Part shown: positions 47,787-51,831 of the stretch, one piece after another | Numbering within the stretch: position 1 is the stretch's first letter | Layout: every line of letters begins with the position of its first letter | Source of the DNA: a virus | Lineage: Duplodnaviria > Caudoviricetes | IMG/VR virus record: IMGVR_UViG_3300012200_000007 | Span: 1 to 51,831 of that record | Strand: one strand, 5' to 3' | Length of the DNA stretch: 51,831 nucleotides | The notes under the pieces: model-generated | What the model was told of the DNA's origin: nothing | The model's database searches: none | What the model saw: only the letters and a program-made list of their open reading frames with translations | Translations under genes and position numbers: made by a program

Positions 47787-47899
47787 TGAGCGCGATAGAC
47801 AATTTCAGTCTATAAGGGACGTTATGCCCAGTCTGCATTGTCGTATCTGGTAGCCTCACAGGCGACACTTGCAGATGCGTCTTATTCCGCCACGCGCTC
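47787..47899 (-). ncRNA. tRNA-like cloverleaf with an enlarged anticodon arm
   Basis: GAGCGCG/CGCGCTC acceptor, TG-GCG-GAATAAGA-CGC D arm, variable arm, ATAGAC-TGAAATT-GTCTAT T-like arm; no CCA. Confidence 0.45.
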
Positions 47900-47908
47900 A
47901 TAAATCAA

Positions 47909-47971
47909 TTGACCGGCTGCGCCAGTAACGCAACCGGCCAGGGCCGTGCTTTAGGGAGGTGGGTTGCACGG
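47909..47971 (-). ncRNA. two-hairpin element with loops AACCCACCUCCCUAAA and UUACUGG
   Basis: ccgtgc/gcacgg and tggccggttgcg/cgcagccggtca stems. Confidence 0.45.
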
Positions 47972-48328
47972 TCAAAGTTTCGGTTCAGTATCTGGTGTCA
48001 AATCGTGTTCGCTCTCTCGACTCAACGCCTGAAAGAGTTTTGCCCGCAGTAAAATTGATTTGATGCGCCGTTGTTGTGCTTCCTTTGCCGCTCCAGCCAT
48101 TTCAGATTTCACTTCAGCGACGAATTTTTCTTTCGGATCTTCAGTTTTGCGCGTCATCACACTGAGCATGGAAGACATTATTGCCGCTTGATGAGCCTCC
48201 TTCTCCCAGGTTTCCGGCGCGGTATCGATCAATTCGATTTCGTTTTTGTTCAGTTCGATTTGCATGGTGTTAATCAGCCTTTCTTGACGGTCACTGATCC
48301 ATACGGTTGCGGTCCAACCCGACCTCAT
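47972..48328 (-). CDS. hypothetical protein (likely start MQIELN)
   Basis: Helical ORF. Confidence 0.55.
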   Translation of the reverse strand: MRSGWTATVWISDRQERLINTMQIELNKNEIELIDTAPETWEKEAHQAAIMSSMLSVMTRKTEDPKEKFVAEVKSEMAGAAKEAQQRRIKSILLRAKLFQALSRESEHDLTPDTEPKL

Positions 48329-49152
48329 GCCCCCCTACCCCCCTCTCTCCGATTCCGAGAAAGGCGGTGCGTCCAGGGGAGTGCCCCACACGACCAATTT
48401 TTCAGTTGCCGGCGGCGTTCTGGCTCTGCCATTGACCTACCCTTAACGGGAGGCAACCCACGGTTATCAAAACCGCTGGATGAAATACCGAACCTTTTAA
48501 CTGTGGCCGGTATCGAACAGGTCAATGAATGCTGGTGAACCTCGCAAATTGGCGGCCCCTTAGTGCCTCCCTTGGCAGAGAGGGAAACGGGTGTGCCATG
48601 TTCCGTTTCGGGGCCGTTCTGTTCGCCAGCACTAACTGACGGGCAAATTGTTAAAACAACGGCATCCTGTTTGACAACAAAAATCTTCATGTCCGCAAAT
48701 TCAATTCCGTTTGGCCTTCGATTCGCTTTTTCGGCGCCGTATCAACCACGATTTCAGTTTTCGATGGCTCGTTTTGTTTCGTTTTCTCGGCAACCAGCTT
48801 GCGGACCTGTTTCCGTCCCAGGTCCCGGCCGCGCTTGCCGCTTCCGGCGAAATAGGCGTAGCTCATGGCCACTCCAATTCTATTCCGAAGTCGTACTGGT
48901 GATTGCGTTTTATTTGATTCATGCAATACGCGATTTCCGAATTAAATACTGAAGGATTGTCGCTGTATCGACGCGCCTGGATTAACTTCAAAAGAGTCAG
49001 AGCAAGTGTCGCGTGCGCGGCATAATGTTTGGCGATTATCTCGGCTTGCATCTCAGGCAAACGCTTCAATCGTTCGTAAGCAAGCGCCATACTTGCCATT
49101 TCATGCCGGATGGATGACGCACCGCGATTATCATAGCCGTTCAAATTCATTT

Positions 49153-49413
49153 CTATCTCCCGTCTGTAATTTCCGTTTGCGCCATCGCGCGGTCGATGCG
49201 GGCCATGATGCGGAGCGCGTTCGGGTCGCGCCTGATTTCCGGGCTGATCCGAATCTCGATCACGCCCGGAGAAATGACGGTCAACTCGACCGTTGAGCCG
49301 GGAGCGAATCCAGCCGCCCGGAGCCACTGGCCTTTAAGCCGGATGCTTGCCGGGCGTTTGGCCGGGTTGTAGCGGGTCCCAAGCTCCTCCACTTTCAATT
49401 TGCGTTTGCTCAT
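49153..49413 (-). CDS. SymE-like (AbrB-fold) protein
   Basis: IRLKGQWLRAAGF.PG..V...V...G.I.I. Confidence 0.75.
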   Translation of the reverse strand: MSKRKLKVEELGTRYNPAKRPASIRLKGQWLRAAGFAPGSTVELTVISPGVIEIRISPEIRRDPNALRIMARIDRAMAQTEITDGR

Positions 49414-49488
49414 TTTGTTTTGTTTTTCGGTTCGCGTTACTGGCGCTTACCGATACAGTCAATGTAATGTATTTGCGGCGGTTGTCAA
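49414..49488 (-). promoter_or_regulatory. early promoter/leader copy 3 (TTGACA-16-TACATT, CCAGTAA-loop hairpin)
   Basis: Aligns with copies 1 and 2. Confidence 0.75.
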
Positions 49489-49505
49489 ATGGTTGTTTTC
49501 GTGCT

Positions 49506-49721
49506 TCACGCTTCTTCTGTTAAAATGCCAATCACTTTTGGTTCCCCGACTAATTTGAACGACTTTCCGCCCGCATGTATCGCCGTAATGAGTGATGATT
49601 TTGCGGATTCAGCCGCTTGTCTATAAATCTGGCCTACGGTGCATTCCTCACCCCATCCATTGCCAGCTTCGACTTCGACCGTGATTTGCACGCGGGCATG
49701 TGCTTTAGTTTGTTTGTTCAT
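49506..49721 (-). CDS. hypothetical protein
   Basis: WGEECTVGQIYRQA pattern. Confidence 0.55.
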   Translation of the reverse strand: MNKQTKAHARVQITVEVEAGNGWGEECTVGQIYRQAAESAKSSLITAIHAGGKSFKLVGEPKVIGILTEEA

Positions 49722-50587
49722 TTTGAATCACGTTTCAGTTCCGAAAAAAAACTACACCACGGCGCCGCATTGCAATAATTCTCACACCGCACCTGCTCAC
49801 CGGGCCGCAACTCGATCCGGTGTTTCTTGTCCAGTGTCGCGAGGTGCGCCAAGGCACCCGATTCCGTGTCGTGCAGCTTCACCGCGCGCTCCCGGCCTTC
49901 TTTGTGGATTGCCCACTTGGCCGGTTTCTCCCAGCGCTCTTCGCTAGTGCATTCAGGCAATGCTTGTCCACTTTCCAATGCGGATTTTGCATTCTGATGC
50001 AAACAAACTCTCGTCATCATCCACGCTGCCGCTTTTTCCATCGGCCACAACGGAACATCAAACACCTGAACCTGATGTTGCGGATAATCAGACGAACGAC
50101 GGGCCTCCAGTTTCGACCAGTCTCTGTAGAGCGCGATAATCTGAGCGGACTTCAATTCGATACCGTTGCGATGCGCCAGCCATCTCAGCGCGTTCAATTG
50201 CTGTTCCCATTCCGGCTTCAAACCGTTCTTGCAACTCCAGCAAGTTGTGAACTTGTAATCGATCAGCAAGTCAGGCGGAATCAGGTCCGCTTGACCGCTC
50301 ACTTTCCAGCCGTTGACTTCCGCAAACAGCCGCCGCTCGACCATGCCTTCGACCGCCGCGCGTTCCAGGATGCTGTGACCGATCTGGCCGACGAGCGACC
50401 AGAGCATTTCGGATGCGTCCTGGACAATTTCTTCGCGGTGTTCGCGTTCGAGTGCGACGGCGCGCGGGGGCTTCAGGAGCGAAGTGACTGTGATGTCGCT
50501 TCCTTTGCTGTCGTAGGGATCTCGACGCACGGCGTTGACCAGCGGTTCAGGGAGTCCGAGGCGGTTGGTAATTATTTTATCAATCAC
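49718..50587 (-). CDS. Cas4/RecB-like PD-(D/E)xK exonuclease
   Basis: G..GHSILE, E.RL, SGQADL, IDYKFT, QLN, C-terminal C..YC...WC. Confidence 0.85.
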   Translation of the reverse strand: MIDKIITNRLGLPEPLVNAVRRDPYDSKGSDITVTSLLKPPRAVALEREHREEIVQDASEMLWSLVGQIGHSILERAAVEGMVERRLFAEVNGWKVSGQADLIPPDLLIDYKFTTCWSCKNGLKPEWEQQLNALRWLAHRNGIELKSAQIIALYRDWSKLEARRSSDYPQHQVQVFDVPLWPMEKAAAWMMTRVCLHQNAKSALESGQALPECTSEERWEKPAKWAIHKEGRERAVKLHDTESGALAHLATLDKKHRIELRPGEQVRCENYCNAAPWCSFFSELKRDSK

Positions 50588-50909
50588 AAACTTGGCGTTC
50601 CATCATTGCGAACCAATCAAACTCGCGCACTCGGCCAATCTCCCAAATACCCGCTGCCAACGTAATCGATTTGTGTTCCTCATGTTGAACTGTTGCCTGT
50701 CTTGTGAGATTCAAAATCATCCGATCTCCAATGCGAATTAGTTCTGCATCGTCATCCTCGATAACGTGCGAGTGACCCGATTCGCCATGCGCCAGAACAA
50801 GTCTCTTGCGCCCTATAATTGTCACCGTTCCATCCGGCATTGATTGCAACCGACGACCGACCACGTCCCCTTGTTGGAAAGTTTTATTTGCTGTTTTGTT
50901 TTTCTTCAT
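50580..50909 (-). CDS. His-rich partner protein typically found beside DUF6745 genes
   Basis: QQGDV...LAHGESGHSH...HEEH..I.L..G.W....REFD. Confidence 0.7.
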   Translation of the reverse strand: MKKNKTANKTFQQGDVVGRRLQSMPDGTVTIIGRKRLVLAHGESGHSHVIEDDDAELIRIGDRMILNLTRQATVQHEEHKSITLAAGIWEIGRVREFDWFAMMERQVCD

Positions 50910-51831
50910 GTGAGTATTTCCGCATTTATTTGCCAGTTGTTATTTCGCCAGTTAAGAGCTTTTTCTACCGTGTCACATTCCGCGGGGATTCCTTCGAGAT
51001 GCCAGCAACCGACTGACGGATTCAACATTCTAAGATAACGCGCATCATTGACTTGTTCGGATAGCTTCACTTTAAGAACTTCGTAAGTTCCTCGTTTCTC
51101 TAAAACTTTGTGTTCCAGCTTGTCCAGCATCCGCTCAATACCGATCTTGCGCAGTAACTCCCGTCGCACATCGACATTAGTTTCTTGCAAGACAATCTCA
51201 GGCTTCAATTGTTCCGCTGGAGTCAATACGTAATCAGCCTTCATTCGGATTCCGTTCAGCGCATACACTCCCCATCCATCCGAATATTCAACCGATGGAG
51301 CGCCGTCCTTATGAAGCCTGCCAGCATTATTCCTATGAATCGAGATTGGTTTCTCTCCAATGAATGCAAGTTTCCAAAACAAAACACTCCAACCAGCCGA
51401 CAAACACAATGCTTCATTACCGTCCAATTTACTGGTGTCTTGATCCAGTTCCATTCGCATAAAATCGTAAAACGACAACCAATAAGCAATGAACTGTCCG
51501 AAATCGTAATACCAATAAACGGAAGCGCTCACGGAAGCGTGCACGGAAGCGCTCACGGAATCGCTCACGGAATCGCGCACGGAATCGCGCACGGAAGCGC
51601 TCACGGAAGCGCTCACGGAATCGCTCACGGAATCGCGCACGGAATCGCGCACGGAATCGCGCACGGAATCGCGCACGGAAGCGCTCACGGAATCGCTCAC
51701 GGAATCGCGCACGGAATCGCGCACGGAAGCGCGCACGGAATCGCGCACGGAAGCGTGCACGGAATCGCTCACGGAAGCGCTCACGGAATCGCTCACGGAA
51801 TCGCTCACGGAATCGCTCACGGAATCGCGCA
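50906..51831 (-). CDS. C-terminal part of the DUF6745-like protein with a tetrapeptide repeat
   Basis: GQF...WLSFYDF, GRLH.DG.P..EY.DGW..YALNG, E.N...RR, NPS...H.E.IP. Confidence 0.8.
   Translation of the reverse strand, partial: RDSVSDSVSDSVSDSVSASVSDSVHASVRDSVRASVRDSVRDSVSDSVSASVRDSVRDSVRDSVRDSVSDSVSASVSASVRDSVRDSVSDSVSASVHASVSASVYWYYDFGQFIAYWLSFYDFMRMELDQDTSKLDGNEALCLSAGWSVLFWKLAFIGEKPISIHRNNAGRLHKDGAPSVEYSDGWGVYALNGIRMKADYVLTPAEQLKPEIVLQETNVDVRRELLRKIGIERMLDKLEHKVLEKRGTYEVLKVKLSEQVNDARYLRMLNPSVGCWHLEGIPAECDTVEKALNWRNNNWQINAEILT
51521..51831. repeat. ~26 copies of a 12-nt unit encoding S-V-(S/R/H)-(D/A)
   Basis: Read directly from the sequence. Confidence 0.9.

Noticed and set aside
49718-50587. 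Cas4-like gene as part of a CRISPR-Cas locus
   Set aside because: No cas1/cas2 or array; stand-alone Cas4-like exonucleases are common phage recombination genes, and it is about 9 kb from the island.
51521-51831. Terminal repeats as a CRISPR array or true terminal repeat
   Set aside because: There are no spacers; it is an in-frame coding tandem repeat where the assembly broke.

Overview
The window looks like a complete, probably circular, ~52 kb tailed-phage genome with lambda-like head and packaging genes. Both ends lie in the same 12-nt tandem repeat, and one ORF runs across the junction. Almost all genes are on the minus strand. The early/replication arm has a Cas4-like nuclease, an SSB-like protein, a ParB-like protein, an SF2 helicase, a Toprim primase, VRR-NUC, KH-domain and SymE-like proteins, and many small ORFs. 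It also has an adenine methyltransferase, terS/terL, portal, a Clp-protease/capsid fusion, neck and tail genes, and a lysis-like region with two orphan response-regulator receivers. I found no integrase and no clear endolysin. The standout is a plus-strand island at 39776-40947 abutting the terL 3' end. It holds a stand-alone Cas7/RAMP-like gene flanked by non-coding tracts of 5-nt units (two variable bases plus a GGY-like triplet). Reading only the variable dinucleotides as codon positions 1-2, the three downstream tracts decode to divergent alleles of the terL nuclease-domain region, for example ELNETPHFWGVIQD against the phage's own ELNEVSHFWGIIQD. This points to an RNA-guided, wobble-skipping system aimed at competing phages, and it resembles what I recall being reported as VIPR. 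Other notable items are an integrase-less array of attC-like sites carrying mini-genes, and an HNH endonuclease that brought a recoded replacement 5' end for the gene it interrupted. There is also a covarying YCAGTAA-loop leader hairpin at three early promoters, with a complementary-loop hairpin beside a tRNA-like fold. All family calls come from motifs read by eye; no searches were run.
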